The notes: generated by a model from the sequence alone, not told the origin. A DNA stretch of 63,683 nt, filler included, from Reticulomyxa filosa (GCA_000512085.1; 20 parts of 20 records of this genome joined end to end with filler, not necessarily neighbours in it); one strand, 5' to 3'; positions 49,961 to 63,612 are shown, numbered from the whole stretch's first letter. Numbers and translations: made by a program.

Positions 49961-52789
49961 TACTAGTTGAAACTTATTTTTTTTTATATAGTTGAAAGTT
50001 TCTTTTCTTTGGTCTTTGTTCTGTTTTCGCCACAATCTTGTTGACNNNNNNNNNNNNNNNNNNNNNNNNNNNNNNNNNNNNNNNNNNNNTTAATTAATTA
50101 ANNNNNNNNNNNNNNNNNNNNNNNNNNNNNNNNNNNNNNNNNNNNACACGTAATAACTCTTGTCTGTAAAGATTATAAATACAGATATACAAACTCTGAA
50201 AAAAAAAAAAAGAATTGTATACGCTAAGTCTGAACAAAAGAGCGACAATTCATTAATCCAAAGTTAAAACAAATGTTGGAAAACTAAACAGAATGAAAAA
50301 AAAATTACCTAGAAAAGCTATGATGAGATCACTGTTTTACTTGTGCAGATTTTTTCTATAATAAAAAATTGGATTGATGAAAGTAATTATAACAAAAAAA
50401 CCTCTCTAACAATATTTTGAAAATACTTTTGAATTCAGCTTGTTGTCTCAGAATAACTCAAATTACAAAAATCAATATTCCTGCTTGCAAAGAATGAAGT
50501 TTAAACAAGACAAATTTTTGATGAAATAGTATTAACATGATTATCTAATCAAAAAGCAAAACGATAACGATTATAACGACTTCGGTGCAAAATATAATCA
50601 AATGATCAATACAATATTTTTGAATTTGCAATTTGGTTTTTTAAATTGATCGCACAGTAATTGTGAGAATTTATTTCGAAGCAATAGAGCAAAAAAAAAA
50701 AGGAGAACAGAAGGATTGAGCGAAGCCAATTCGACCAACACTTTGGAGTGAAAAAAGGAAGCTACACATTCACGCAAAATAGCTATTATGCATGGCCATC
50801 AAACACTAGCTGATGATAAACTAGGCTACGAAGATAAAAGCGTGATCTTGCAAAACGATTGGATGATATTGAGAAAGCAACAATACAAAACCAAATCCAA
50901 ACAATTTATCACTGTCTTTCTTCAAACTTTCAGTTTGTACCATTTGTTGATTGTTTTGTCCCTTTAAGGCATGATTTGCTTTTTGTTGTCTTGTTCACTT
51001 TTGTTCCATTTTACTGTATAAATAGAAAAAATACATAGTTCGAAGAAGGAACAACATTACTTTTTGTAACGATGTTAGTTATTCATTTATCTGTTTATTT
51101 TTCCATTAAATTAAAGATTTGAACTATTAATATGCATAGCTTTAACAGCAATGCGATATTATTTGGGTTTAATGAAAAAAGATTTGTTGCTTTGAGAAAA
51201 ATTTGCTTCCATCTGATCAAATAATTTTGCAATAGAAGAATTATATTTGGATAGATGTTTAAAAATACAGTAGATTGCAAAAAAAACTGCAATACCTAAA
51301 TGGCANNNNNNNNNNNNNNNNNNNNNNNNNNNNNNNNNNNNNNNNNNNNTTAATTAATTAANNNNNNNNNNNNNNNNNNNNNNNNNNNNNNNNNNNNNNN
51401 NNNNNTCCATGCTTTTAAAATAACCTCTTTACCTATCGCGGAAAACGTTTGTTGAAGTTGTGCAAGCATGATGGTGATGTAAACTTCAAAGCAAAACCCT
51501 TTTTTTTATTTTGAAGGCAGAAACTTGATTAGAATTGTGCAAATAAAAAAAATTGATTCAGTGTGAAGGATTAATAAAAATTAAAATTTGATTCACAAAA
51601 ATCGCATAGCATGACACGAGAATAGTGTTGTTGTCCATGCATAAAGATTTTGTATCTTTAAAGCCAATATGATAAGAAAAAGGAATTAATTTTTCAAATG
51701 TTCATAAAAGAAAAACACTTTGCTTACATGCCAACAAGAGCGTTTGAAAAAATATTTATTTAAAATTTTGAACGTTCTCATGCAAACAAAAATTTAAAAT
51801 CTTTTTCATAAACACAAAATAACATTAAAAAAACTCTTGTCGACTCCAAAAAAGGTTTTTACGAGTAAAAAAAAAGCTTTGTATTGACATTCTCACTTTT
51901 ATCACAATGTAATTTGATTGCAAAGACAGCAAATTAATTTGTTTAGGTTTTGCTGTTTGTTACTAAACAAAGCCAGTCTTTGTTGTAACATCTGAAACTT
52001 GAAAATTTTTTTTCTTTGTCACGAAAAGTTCTGTTTAAGAAAAGGAAAGTATTAATCTTAAAAAAGTGGAGCATTTTTGGAAACGCATAATACACAACAG
52101 TCTGTGGTTCCTTAGTTTACATAATAATTGTTCTAAAACCACTTATTATCCACTTTACAATAATCTCACCAAAAGCAGTATATATAATTATCAGTTCGCT
52201 AGAATTTAAAAACACGAAGCATTTCTTTTTCATTATCAAAACTAACTAACTTTTGTCATAGTTTTGTTTATAAGTATTGATTTTGTATTTTTTTTTTTTT
52301 GAGAGATTATCAAAATATGGAACAATAAATAACTTTTTTGTTAAATCCCATGTAATAAGTTTTTTCTTTTCTAGAATTGATCATTTTTGTAATGTACAAT
52401 CAATGCATATTTTTGTGGTTATTTCAATTTCTCTTCTCCCTTTTTCTTCAAGGAAATACTTGTACAGAATCGTTCTCTATGAGATTCTTTGTATCACTAT
52501 TTCCAAATGTACCATACGGCATACTCCTTGAAGATGATTTGATTTGTAAACAATTCTTCGTTTTGAAGAAATACACTGGGGAAGATAAAAAGGGATTCCC
52601 AATGCTTCTTCTTTCACAGTTTGAAGAAGCTAATTATTTTTATAATATTCCAATAATTTTTTTTTCACTTAAATAAAATTTATTTTTCCAAAAATATTTT
52701 TGAAAGCCCCTTTCATTACCCTTGAGAAAAAAAAAGCTCAATATCATCCATTTTACACCATCAAAAGCGATCTTAAGCATAAAAACAAA

Positions 52790-53121
52790 ATGATAACTCT
52801 TAGCAATGAGAAGCAAACTTCAACACAACTAGCATTGGTAAGCTTTAGTACAAGCTTTCAGAAAGTCTTTTGCTTTTTTATTATTTTATTTATTGTATAT
52901 AATTTGTGATTCAAATAGTCTGAAGAAGAAAAGAGTCAAGTAATCATACAACATTGGATTCGAATATTGCACATCAAATACAGATGGATTAATGAGTTTG
53001 ACAAACTCGTTGTCAATTATGTTAGTTCGTTGTTCTTTTTTTTTAAAATGCAAATCAAAATATCCAAATGTTTATTCAACATAGGCATCTACTTTCTTCA
53101 TGTTTGAAACATTTCGTTCAT
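52790..53121 (+). CDS. 5' exons of a WD40-family gene with IIQHWIRIL leader (truncated)
   Basis: MITLSNEKQTSTQLAL | SEEEKSQVIIQHWIRILHIKYRWINEFDKLVVNY | ASTFFMFETFRS. Same exon layout as 34194-34585. Confidence 0.7.
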
Positions 53122-53221
53122 NNNNNNNNNNNNNNNNNNNNNNNNNNNNNNNNNNNNNNNNNNNNTTAATTAATTAANNNNNNNNNNNNNNNNNNNNNNN
53201 NNNNNNNNNNNNNNNNNNNNN

Positions 53222-53562
53222 ACATATTTCATCACCAATGTATGTTTATAATATCCACCAAAAGATAACAAAGTGATATGATTACTGTCTTTGTTGTTAT
53301 CTACCAGTTTCACTACACAGTGTCCATTTAATATAACATCACTTGGATACTCACAGATAAACTTGTATTCGTTTTTGATTTTATGATAAGAATAACAAGC
53401 TCTTACGCCTTTACCTCCACAAATGAGGAGTTCGTGTTTATGTAGCACACACTGAGAATGAAAAAGTGGAGTGGGCAAATCTTTCATAGCTTGAAAAGGG
53501 GAAATAAAAAGTTGACTTGGTCGTAAACTTTTCAAATGTTCAAAGGAAGTTGGATTACTCAT
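53222..53562 (-). CDS. Kelch-like beta-propeller protein, N-terminal part
   Basis: LPTPLFHSQCVLHKHELLICGG..CYSYH..GHCVVKLVD..LLSFGG, with Kelch GG motifs. Confidence 0.8.
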
Positions 53563-55685
53563 GCTGTCAATATGTTGCTAAATTTTTTTAATTTTTTAAA
53601 TTTTTTTTAAAGGGACTTGACATGACCCTTTTGAAACACAAAAGTATTTTTGTGGTAACATTATTGCTCAATGAACATCAAATGTATATTGAGCTATATC
53701 CTAAGATATGCCAAAAATACACAACTTGATGGAATGAAATATGGAAAAGAAGATGTTGCTTATGAACCATTAAAGTTTTTTTTTTATAGTATGTACCGGC
53801 AAATACTTGCCTTGACAGCAGTTAAGACACACTGAATGAAATTCATACATTCAAATTGACAAAGTATTGCCATCTTTGATACACACAAATAATACGTTCA
53901 AGTGCTTGTCTTCAAGCCTCAATATATTTGTATGTAATAATAAAAATAATTTTGTTTTTTCAATACGATGCAACCAATCTCTTGTGTCGTTGCAAAAAAT
54001 AATTTTAATGAAAACGCATTTCCACGAATTGTTTGTTACAAAAAATCTTAAAGAATTAGATTGACTTTTTTTTTTCTGAAATGTAAAAATGACAAATTCT
54101 CAAAAAGAATCACTTTAATTTGTGCATCAACATAACAGTACATGGTCAGAGAAAAAATATTTTTGTGCAGTCGTCTCTTAACGTTTGCTTGAGGATATTG
54201 GCTTTAATGTAGCAGATAGTATTTTAATTAGTAGCTATTTTCCACACGTCAATTTCGGCATGATGACATCGACTTTGAAGATTAATAAATCATACACATT
54301 ATCAAAACAAAAAGGGTTTTTTAAATTTTAAGCTTTTTTATTTTTTTAATAAACTGTTTAAATTGATTATAATTGCTTAAATATTCGTTATTTTTGATAA
54401 AATATATATTTAAGCATTTTTTTAGCTGTAATCAACAATTTAAAAATGTAATTTAAAATTGAATAATTTTTCGCAACAAAATTAGATTTTATTTGTTAAT
54501 TGAAAAAAGAATTCGAATTTTATAAGCTTTATGTGAAACATTTGTTTTTCTACAAGTAAAAACTAGATTTTTAATTGGAAGAAAAGAACGAAGTTCAGGT
54601 TTGATCAAAAAATGATTTATGAAAATGTTTATTATGAACTATATCAATTTGCTCACTTTGTCAATCCAAACCAAAGCTAAGCAAAACTGTAACGAAAGCC
54701 TGAAGTAAGATATGAATGGTCAGTAATTCAAAAAATTGCAATATTGATTTTGTCACAATGTCGTTATTATAATTGACAGTCACTTTTAAAATTGCAAAAC
54801 ATTTTTGAATAACATTTTGCGCTTTTGATAATATCAAATGACGTAATAAAAAACTTCAATAGTAACAAACATAAAGTAGCATTTCAGAATTGTCCATGTG
54901 CAATACAACAATGACTTTTCAAAAATAAAATTGCTAATTGCATTGATAAAGAAAGCAAAAAAGAAGAAAGGGAATGTCACAAACGATGAACAAATTATTT
55001 TATATTTGGGACTTTTATGTAAATTACTTTTCAGAGATGAAATTGCATTATGATTTGGTGATTACATCCTTTAAAACATTAAAACAAACTATTGAATGAT
55101 ATCACGCATCATTATTTTGTGTTTTTTTCGTTTTACTAATCAATCAAATACACTTTGAACAAATGCAAATATGAGGAGATTAAGGAATTGAAGTTGGAGA
55201 ATAAAGAACTTCTAAATAATACTATTCGCTACTTTCGTCACTGGTATTTGTGTTAATATTTATAACATATTCTTGAATGCTTTTATACTTTGATTAGACT
55301 ATATCTTTCACACTTTACTAAACAGTGATAGGATCATCCACATTATCTATCTTTTAGTTGAATAAATAATAAAAAGCCATCATTTTTATGCTACAAAGGG
55401 CATTGTATGATTATAAACATTTTGGGTGAATGATTCAACTCTGTTAATTGACGCAATATCTACAATAAAATCATCATATTTGTAAAATCTTTTGATAATC
55501 TTTTATCATGTTTGGTTGTTGATTGAAAAGCAATATTCAATGTCTTGTTTATTAAATTTTTATAAAATACAAATATTTTAATACGNNNNNNNNNNNNNNN
55601 NNNNNNNNNNNNNNNNNNNNNNNNNNNNNTTAATTAATTAANNNNNNNNNNNNNNNNNNNNNNNNNNNNNNNNNNNNNNNNNNNN

Positions 55686-56625
55686 CTCTGGCATAGATCG
55701 GCGAATAGTGGTTGACGCCCAGCCAGTCGATGGGGCGCCGGATCCTGTCCATGTCTCCGTCCTGGATGAACGGCGCGATCCGCTCCGCGAGGGCACGGGG
55801 ATAGACGCCCAGGACCTGCGGATCTGCAAAGGCGCGGTTCCAGTAGTCGTCCAGCAGGGCGGCCGCCGCGCGGTCGTCCGGCGTCGGATCGACCGGTCGC
55901 GCCGGCTGCAGGTTGCAGATGGTCCCGAGCGATGCGCCGGCAAGATAGTCCCGCAGCACATCGATGGCCGCCCCATGCGCCAGGTTCACGTGATGGATCG
56001 CGGCATGGTGCTGGGCGGCGTCGTCGACCGCCGGCGGATGCCAGCCGAACGCGTAGCCGAACAGCGTGAAGACGCCCGGCTCGTTGAAGGTCGCGAAGCG
56101 CTTCACGCGGTCGCCCAGTCGGCTCGCCATCAGACGGGCATAGTCGGCGAACCAGCTCGCACTGTCTCTATTCGCCCAGCCCCCGCGATCCTGGAGCGCC
56201 TGCGGCAGGTCCCAATGATACAGACAGACCCAGGGCTCGATTCCCGCGGCGAGCAGCCCGTCGACGAGCCGGTCGTAGAAGGCAATCCCGCGCTCGTTCA
56301 CGACCCCTCGCCCATCCGGCAGGACGCGCGGCCAGGCGACCGAGAAACGATAGGCGCCCACCCCAAGGTCACGCAGCAGGCCGGTGTCTTCCTCGTAGCG
56401 ATGGTAGTGATCGCACGCGACGTCCCCGGTGTCGCCGTTGGCGATCCGCCCGGGCTGGCGGCAAAAGCCGTCCCAGACGCTTGGACCGCGGCCGTCCTCG
56501 AGGGCTCCGCCCTCGATCTGATACGACGATGTCGAGACACCCCAGAGGAAGTCCGGGCGCAACAAGCGACGACCTGCCGGCGAAGGAACGGGCTGGCCGT
56601 CGAAGCCGGAAGGAGGGCTGACCAT
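55686..56625 (-). CDS. Bacterial glycoside hydrolase family 1 beta-glucosidase (3' truncated)
   Basis: FLWGVSTSSYQIEG signature, GDVACDHYHRY, YRFSVAWPR, LYHWDLPQ, TFNEP acid/base motif and GVNHY. High GC, no introns, GGAG upstream of the ATG. Confidence 0.95.
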
Positions 56626-56640
56626 GGGAGCGGCTCCGCG

Positions 56641-56979
56641 TCAGGGGGTGAGGGCGATCTTGAGAACACCGTCCCGCTGGTGCGCGAAAAGGTCGTAGGC
56701 CTGCTCGAGATCGGCGAGCTTGAAGCGGTGGGTCACCAGCGAGCCAAGGTCGACGCGCCCCGAACCGATGACGCTCATCAGCCGTCGCATCCGCTCCTTG
56801 CCGCCGGGGCAGAGCGAGGTACGATCTTGTTGTCGCCGAGGCCCGCCGTGAAGGCATCGAGCGGAATGCGCAGGTCGGACGAGTAGACACCGAGGCTCGA
56901 AAGTGTGCCGCCCGGCCGTAGCACGCGAAGCGCGCTCTCGAAGGTCTGCTGGGTACCCAGCGCTTCGATCGCGACATCG
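56641..56979 (-). CDS. Bacterial Zn-dependent (MDR family) alcohol dehydrogenase, C-terminal part; missed by the ORF track
   Basis: DVAIEALGTQQTFESALRVLRPGGTLSSLGVY...SLCPGGKERMRRLM..LVTHRFKL..AYDLFAHQRDGVLKIALTP*. One frameshift near 56820. Stop lies 15 nt before the GH1 start. Confidence 0.85.
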   Translation of the reverse strand, partial: RCRDRSAGYPADLRERASRATAGRHTFEPRCLLVRPAHSARCLHGGPRRQQDRTSLCPGGKERMRRLMSVIGSGRVDLGSLVTHRFKLADLEQAYDLFAHQRDGVLKIALTP

Positions 56980-57180
56980 NNNNNNNNNNNNNNNNNNNNN
57001 NNNNNNNNNNNNNNNNNNNNNNNTTAATTAATTAANNNNNNNNNNNNNNNNNNNNNNNNNNNNNNNNNNNNNNNNNNNNAGAAGAGGAGGAGGAGGAAGG
57101 GAAGAGGGATGCTTTTTTGGTAGCGTGTTATTGATTTTATGCGTATGTGCATATATATGTGTATATATATATGTGCACAG

Positions 57181-58454
57181 AAAGGCATTCGTGAAACCTT
57201 AAAATATCGTTCACGCTTTCAAATCCCTGATAACGTTGAGCATTTCTTAGATCGAATCAAAGAAATTGGAGATCCTGGGTATATCCCAACGTTCAATGAC
57301 TATGTTTTGTCTTTGTGTTTTTTGTATGTTTTCGTTTGTACTTTTTTTAAAACTTTTTTTGGACTTTTGAAGTCTTGTGAAAAATATTTGAAAGTTCAAT
57401 GTAATTGTTTTACATGTGCACACATATGTATAAATGTATAAATGTATATATACACGTATGTGACATGTAAATAGATTCAAATACGAATCCGTACGACCGG
57501 CTATGCACAAGAAGTGTTTTTTACTCGAACTCACGATACGGAAGTTCAGTTCCAATTTATTGACGTTGGAGGACAGAGAAGCGAGCGACGTAAATGGATG
57601 CAGTTTGTCAAAGAAGAGGTGGATTGTGTGGTTTATGTCGTTGGTATGAGTGACTATGACTTAGTTAATAGCACTGATTTTAATATCCCAAAAAAAAAAA
57701 AAAAAAAAAAAATTATTTGTATTTTTTTTTTTTTACACGTACGAATTTTCCAATCATTTCGTTGTTTGTTTCGGGCGGGAAAATGTACGAATAACAAAAA
57801 CACTGGATATTAGAAATGTTTTGAAGATAACGAAACAAAGAGGCTGGATGAAGCATTGTCAATGTTCGCAGACTTGGCAAAAAATCAATTTTTTGATCAC
57901 AAAACTTTGATTGTATTTTTTAACAAATTTGGTATGGAATATATGACAGAAACACATCAAAACTCCAATTATATATTACATATTGTGTACATAATTTTTT
58001 TTTTTATGTGTTCATATTTCCCTCCCCCCCCCCTCCGCTTTTGATAAAAAAAAATACTCTATAAACTCAAAGATTTGTTCGAAGAAAAGCTAAACAAAGT
58101 CCCATTTAAAGTCGCCTTTCCAGAGATCTCAGACGAAGAAGCCAAAGATTCCAAATTAATTTGTAAATTTTTGAAACAAAAGTTTTTAGACATTATCGAA
58201 AGCACTAAAGTCAAATTAGTGTCCTCTCCCCATTTTTTTTCCACACGTGCCCTCAGTTTAGTAAAAGTCTGTGTGTCTCTTCACGTTATTGAAGAGGGGG
58301 AGGGGGAGCATAGAGATGTAAATAAAATACAAGTTTTGTGATTGGTTGACCAACCATCAAAGGTACGAAAAATGTACATAAAGTAATCCGATCTATTCAA
58401 ACTGACCTGGTTCGACAAAATTTGTTGCATCAAGGTATAGCTGTAGGCAAATAG
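57181..58454 (+). CDS. Heterotrimeric G-protein alpha subunit (5' truncated, spliced)
   Basis: YIPT, RIRTTG (switch I), DVGGQRSERRKW (G3), FNKF|D (G4), STRAL|S (G5) and C-terminal DLVRQNL..GK*. Confidence 0.95.
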
Positions 58455-59139
58455 TATTCAAGATATTATTGTTTCAATTACTAACGCCAACTTTGTTGTT
58501 TTTTTTAATGTGTTTGCTGGCGTTAGTGTTTTTTTTTTCCCCTCCCCTTCTTTCTTCATATTATTACATTTATACTTTCCTCTTTCAATTAGGTTACGTG
58601 TGTGAAAAGGAACGTTTTTGTTACTTATATGTGATCTTGCAATGTCTCGCCTTTTGTTCAATCCTCTCTACCAAACAATTATTGTATTCGTCAAAAAAAA
58701 TTTGAAGGGGATGAGGGAAAATAAAATATTTTTCTGTATGTTATTATACTATTTGTGTGTTTTTTTTTTGGTAAATGTCTTACACGTAATTGTAGAAGTG
58801 AAAAGTGCCAAAAAAATTTGATTATAAAAATTTGCGAATTGTTATATTTGTGTATTGCAGATTTTTTTCCTTCAAAAATTCAGGAAATTTTGTGTACAAA
58901 AATTCAGTTCACTGCATGGCAGTTACGTTTTTTTAAATAGCTTTTTGAACTAAAGACTAAAGTACATGTACATTTGTCTTTATATATATATATTTTTTCT
59001 CAAGTGTTTTTCTTTTTTTTTTTAGTACTTTCCAATTATTATCCTTGACATTTATTCGTTAACTATTCATTAAACACAATCAATTTAATATGGTCGAAAG
59101 ATGATTTCACTTCATTAAGAGAAATATGCAAAAACAAAC

Positions 59140-60275
59140 CTCTCAATTTCTTTGTTTTCGGTTCGCCAGTTTCTTCAAAAATATCAGCTTCTCCGTACGT
59201 ACGTTTGCGACAATGACGTTCTTCCGCTTTGTCTTGTGCAAGTTTTTCTTGTGTTTGTTTTGCTAACAAATTGCTTTCTTGTTGGTTATTTTCTTTTCAC
59301 TTTCCGAGCAGCTTTTCCCTTCGACTGCTTTTTTTTTGGGCGAGCCTAACTCCTCTTTTTTTTCAGTATTCGCTCCTTCTTCTTGTTCCTCCTCTTCTTC
59401 GTCTTCCTCGTTTTCCTCGTTTTCCTCGTTTTCCTCGTCTTCATCGTCTTCATCATCTTCATCAGGCAATTTCTTTCAAATTCAATCAAACAAAAAAAAA
59501 TGAAACTTTTTTTTGTTGAGAAACTGATCAATTGAAAGACCAAAAAAAAAAAAGAAATCAACTAAACTGTTTCTTTCGACAACACTTCATTCAAAACAGC
59601 TTGAAGTTCTTCTATTTCTTCAAACACAGCTGGCTCTGTCTTTGCCTTTACTTTTTCATCAGCCAACACTTTGGAAACAGCCTCCAAAATTTTTTCACTA
59701 TTAAAAAAAAAAATTAAAGTTGAGGCAAATTATTTGAAAAGACTTTGAAGAAAAAAAAAAAAAAAAATTAAGAAAACCTGTCTTTTTCACTCGGCGAGCG
59801 TCCAAGAGTGTTGAGAATTTCATCCAATCGCTCGCAAAGCAGAGTAATGGTAGCTTTCAAATGTGTTTCATAAACGTCGGGTAAGTGGGCGTTTTCAGCC
59901 GACGTGACGCACATGAAATGGAAAAAGGCCAAGTGACGGGCTTCCTTGAGTCCGTATTTGCGGAAGCAATCAATGGCCCTTTCAAACTCTCTAATGCCTT
60001 CAGCAAACTGGCCATTTTCCATTTGCAGTTCTCCCAACAACGAAAAGACTTCAAGCAGCGTTTGCACAGCACGCTTTTGAGCCTCCGCGTCTTTTATAAA
60101 CTGCTGGTCCTCCAAACACTGTCCACACAGCAATCTCGCCGTCTCCAACGCTTCCCAAGCCACCTCACGGTCCTCATTATTACTCTTTGCCGATGACATC
60201 ATTTGCGAGAACACACATTCGTTAATCACATCCAAGCCTTCCTCCAAGTCTCCTTCTTTTTTTTCTTCTTCTTCT
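59140..60275 (-). CDS. NASP/Sim3/Hif1-like histone chaperone (SHNi-TPR), partial
   Basis: DREVAWEALETAR..LLGELQMENGQFAEG..RHLA pattern, acidic tract and basic NLS-like RKR..KTKKLR. Confidence 0.75.
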
Positions 60276-60404
60276 NNNNNNNNNNNNNNNNNNNNNNNNN
60301 NNNNNNNNNNNNNNNNNNNTTAATTAATTAANNNNNNNNNNNNNNNNNNNNNNNNNNNNNNNNNNNNNNNNNNNNCCCCTCCAACCCCCCTTTTTCCGTA
60401 TTGC

Positions 60405-60720
60405 CTGTTGTGACTCGAGCCTGGAAACACATAGTAACATCCGCCCAGTTGCTTCAATTGTCGCAGCCTTTGAAACTGTGGCGTGTCAATTATTGGTCTG
60501 ATTCGGTCCGGAATTTCAATGTAGCCTTTTTGTTTTGATTTTCTCTTGCCTCTATTTTTTTTTAAAAAAAAGAGCAAGGAGTTGAAACTTTACCATGAAT
60601 GTCATCCAAAATGTACATTGGGTCGCGATATACTCCTGGAGTGGTCTCGTCAGGTGACAAAAGAGGTATTACCAGGTCCGAACTTGATGTCCTTCTTGTG
60701 CTTAAATGTGTGTTCGTCAT
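60405..60720 (-). CDS. SAMHD1-like HD-domain dNTP triphosphohydrolase, first two exons
   Basis: ILDDIH|[35 protein letters not shown]. Confidence 0.92.
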
Positions 60721-61100
60721 GATTATTCGACAGAAAACAAGCAGAGTGCCAACCGTGCACTTAACTAGCGGAAAACTTTTTTAAAAACATCTGTTCCCCT
60801 TACCAATTTCGAAGTTACTCGAAAACTTAGTCTTACGAAAAGATTTGAGAATGATGTAAGTTTATTGCTGAGTGTTTAAATGGATGTTATTGAAATGAAA
60901 AGTGCTTAATTGGATGGGTACATGAAAGAAAATTGTTTTCCCTCTTTAAAAAAAAGGAAATATGATGGATTTGTTGCAGTGTTGGAAACTGAACCGAAAG
61001 GGGCAATTTCTCATTGTCAACAAATTAAAAAAAAGATGAGTGAGCTGTGGTCAATACATAAGCCGCTTTCAATCGATTTGGATACATATCTATAGATCAA

Positions 61101-62051
61101 TCACACATAGACCATTATATATGGTAAGTATATTGGAGTGTGTGAAAAGAGATATAAAAACGAAACATTTTTTTGATGGGTCCAGAAATCCATCGAATAT
61201 TGCCCTCCTTCTCTACCCACTCCAGACTCCTTGACACCACCAAAAGGGACTCTCAAGTCTCGCTTCATCCAACAATTTACCCAAATCATACCACTTTCAA
61301 TTGCTTGGGCGACACGGTGTCCTCTTTTCAAATGGTTCGTCCAAACGCTACCAGCCAATCCATACTTCACAGAATTGCACATATCAATCACTTCATTTTC
61401 TGTTTGAAATTCATGAACTGTTACGACCGGTCCAAATATTTCTTCTGTGGCACAACGTCTGAGGAGTAAGGTGTGAAATTGGCATCCAAACCATTGTATG
61501 TTGTTTTTTAGTATTTTTATTAAAAAGAAGACATATATACATATGTATATGTATGCATATATATATATTTTCATATATATATGTCTAGTATACATTATAT
61601 AAAAGATCAAACTTACGAATCAAAGGGTAGACCAGTGATAATAGTTGGCACATAAAAGGCACCTTTGTCAAAAGGAGGTTTCAAATCTTTCGGCCGATGT
61701 CCACCCAAGACAATTTTGCCGCCTTCTTTCAAGGCTAACTCCACATACGATTCTACTTTCGAGCGATGGTCCAAACTAATCAACGAGCCCGTCTTTGATG
61801 TTTTCGGATCTCCAATTGAGCTGCAATACATCTTTGTGTGTGTTATTGTTTTAAATTCCACTACTAAGCTGCGTTATAAAAAAAAAAAAATCCCCCTTTT
61901 TTAAAAATTTGGTCATAATTAAACAAAACTCAATGTAAAAATTAAAACAAGTGGAAATAACTGTTTTTGTGACTTCGACTAATGCTTCAACAAACTTTGC
62001 AGCAATGGATTTCTCCACAAAAATACGTGACCCGCATAAGCATATTTGTCC
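61101..62051 (-). CDS. Aldehyde dehydrogenase, ALDH8A1/2-aminomuconic-semialdehyde-dehydrogenase-like (5' truncated)
   Basis: Catalytic-Cys motif GQICLCGSR, EEIFGPV, WVNCWMKRDLRVPFGGVKESGVGREG. True stop position uncertain. Confidence 0.9.
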
Positions 62052-62294
62052 CTAACGGATAATTTCGCGTCATATCAATACCAGTCGCAAAAAAAAAANN
62101 NNNNNNNNNNNNNNNNNNNNNNNNNNNNNNNNNNNNNNNNNNTTAATTAATTAANNNNNNNNNNNNNNNNNNNNNNNNNNNNNNNNNNNNNNNNNNNNTT
62201 TTTTTTTTTTTTTTTAAAAAAAAGTTTGAAAGTTCATTCTTTTTTTAAAAGGACCACACCCCCCCCCTCTTTTTTTTTTTTAAAAAAAAAAAAC

Positions 62295-63612
62295 TGAACG
62301 TATCGTGCTGCTTGGTGACAACAGCAAAAACGGATAAGTCGATATCAAAAGATAACGCGATTTGTGACCAAATGAAAAGCAGAGATACCAAGGCCAACAA
62401 CAGGGCAAAGGATTTTTGCAAAATGGGAACAACGTAAATGTAGCAGTACCAATACAATTTTGCGGACAAACGCAATTTTTGCATTTCGTCATACGATGGC
62501 TGTATCTGCGATTTGTCCAATATAGACACCAATGTGTCGTCGTCCTCTGCTTCATTCTCGTCGCCATTGTTATTGCTTTCATCCTCTTCGTTGTCATTCA
62601 CCACAATGCCACGCCCATTTTTGCCATTCACTTTTCTCCCAAGGAAGGTTTTTGTGTGTTATTTATTTTTTTATTATTTTTTATTATTATTTATTATTAT
62701 TTATTATTATTTATTGTGTACATATATATATATATATATATATTTGTAAGTGTTCACGTTCGATCAGAGAATGGGATGGAAGAGAAGAAGAGGATCGTTT
62801 GGAAAAGCAAGAGACAGATATGAATCCACACCTTTGTGGCCATCGTAAGACAATTTGCTTCCCATTCCTCCTCCCCCTCGCCGCCACTTTTGTTTGATCA
62901 GTCCGGAATTCGTCAATGGCACGTGCTTGGAACCTTTTTTTTGTTTCACCGACATCTCCAGTGTCAATATGTCATGAGCCGTTTTGTACCACCACGCCTC
63001 ACCTCTTTCCAATTCGAATATCCACATTTTCAACTCCGTATGGATTTTTGCTATATACATTACATTTGTCATTCGTATACGTATACACATATACATATAT
63101 AAGTATACATATATAAATATATATATATATATATATTTATATATGTATATTAAAATATTACCAAGCAGTTTTTCACTGATTTCGTCTCGATCGATTCCTT
63201 CTTTGATTTTGCGTAGTGTAATGTCGGGATTGACGACTTGCTTGTCATGCAAACCATGCTTTTCCAACGTCTCATTTACAATTTTTTTTTGCTGTCGCAG
63301 CAATGGACTCTTTTGAAACTTGTTTTCAAAGTGCTGAAACAAATACACGCACTCGTCGACGCGGTCATACGCTTCGTCTTTTTCATTTTGCAACTGCGCC
63401 AGTCTCCACGTCAAATATTGAATCCTCTTTTCGTGGTTCGAGCGATACCACAACAGACGTGGGATCTCCACCAATCCATAGCCCACCATCAATATCGCCA
63501 GCGACAGACCCCACAAATTTCCCAACGATTGTGCCAATGCCACCACGCGTGCTGCACTCAGGTGTGTCGTAAATAGCAAATAGAAAAACCCTATTGCCAT
63601 TGCCACCATCGA
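62295..63612 (-). CDS. LMBR1-family membrane protein (LMBRD2-like), internal exons
   Basis: LGNLWGLSLAILMVGYGLVEIPRLLW motif, cytoplasmic coiled coil, then LSLLFIWSQ-type TM segment. Confidence 0.85.

Noticed and set aside
50146-52700. Short ORFs in AT-rich contigs
   Set aside because: No recognisable motifs; likely intergenic or too decayed to call.
4150-56830. Frequent frameshifts as programmed frameshifting or RNA editing
   Set aside because: Mostly in or next to homopolymers and also present in the bacterial contig, so pyrosequencing-type errors are the simplest explanation.
55708-56886. 392-aa plus-strand ORF and other long ORFs in the GC-rich contig
   Set aside because: Antisense shadows of the GH1 and ADH genes, expected at high GC.
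17874-60720. 2H phosphoesterase, SAMHD1-like, TRAF and HEAT genes as one antiviral defence cluster
   Set aside because: They lie on different unlinked contigs; co-occurrence in the window comes from concatenation.
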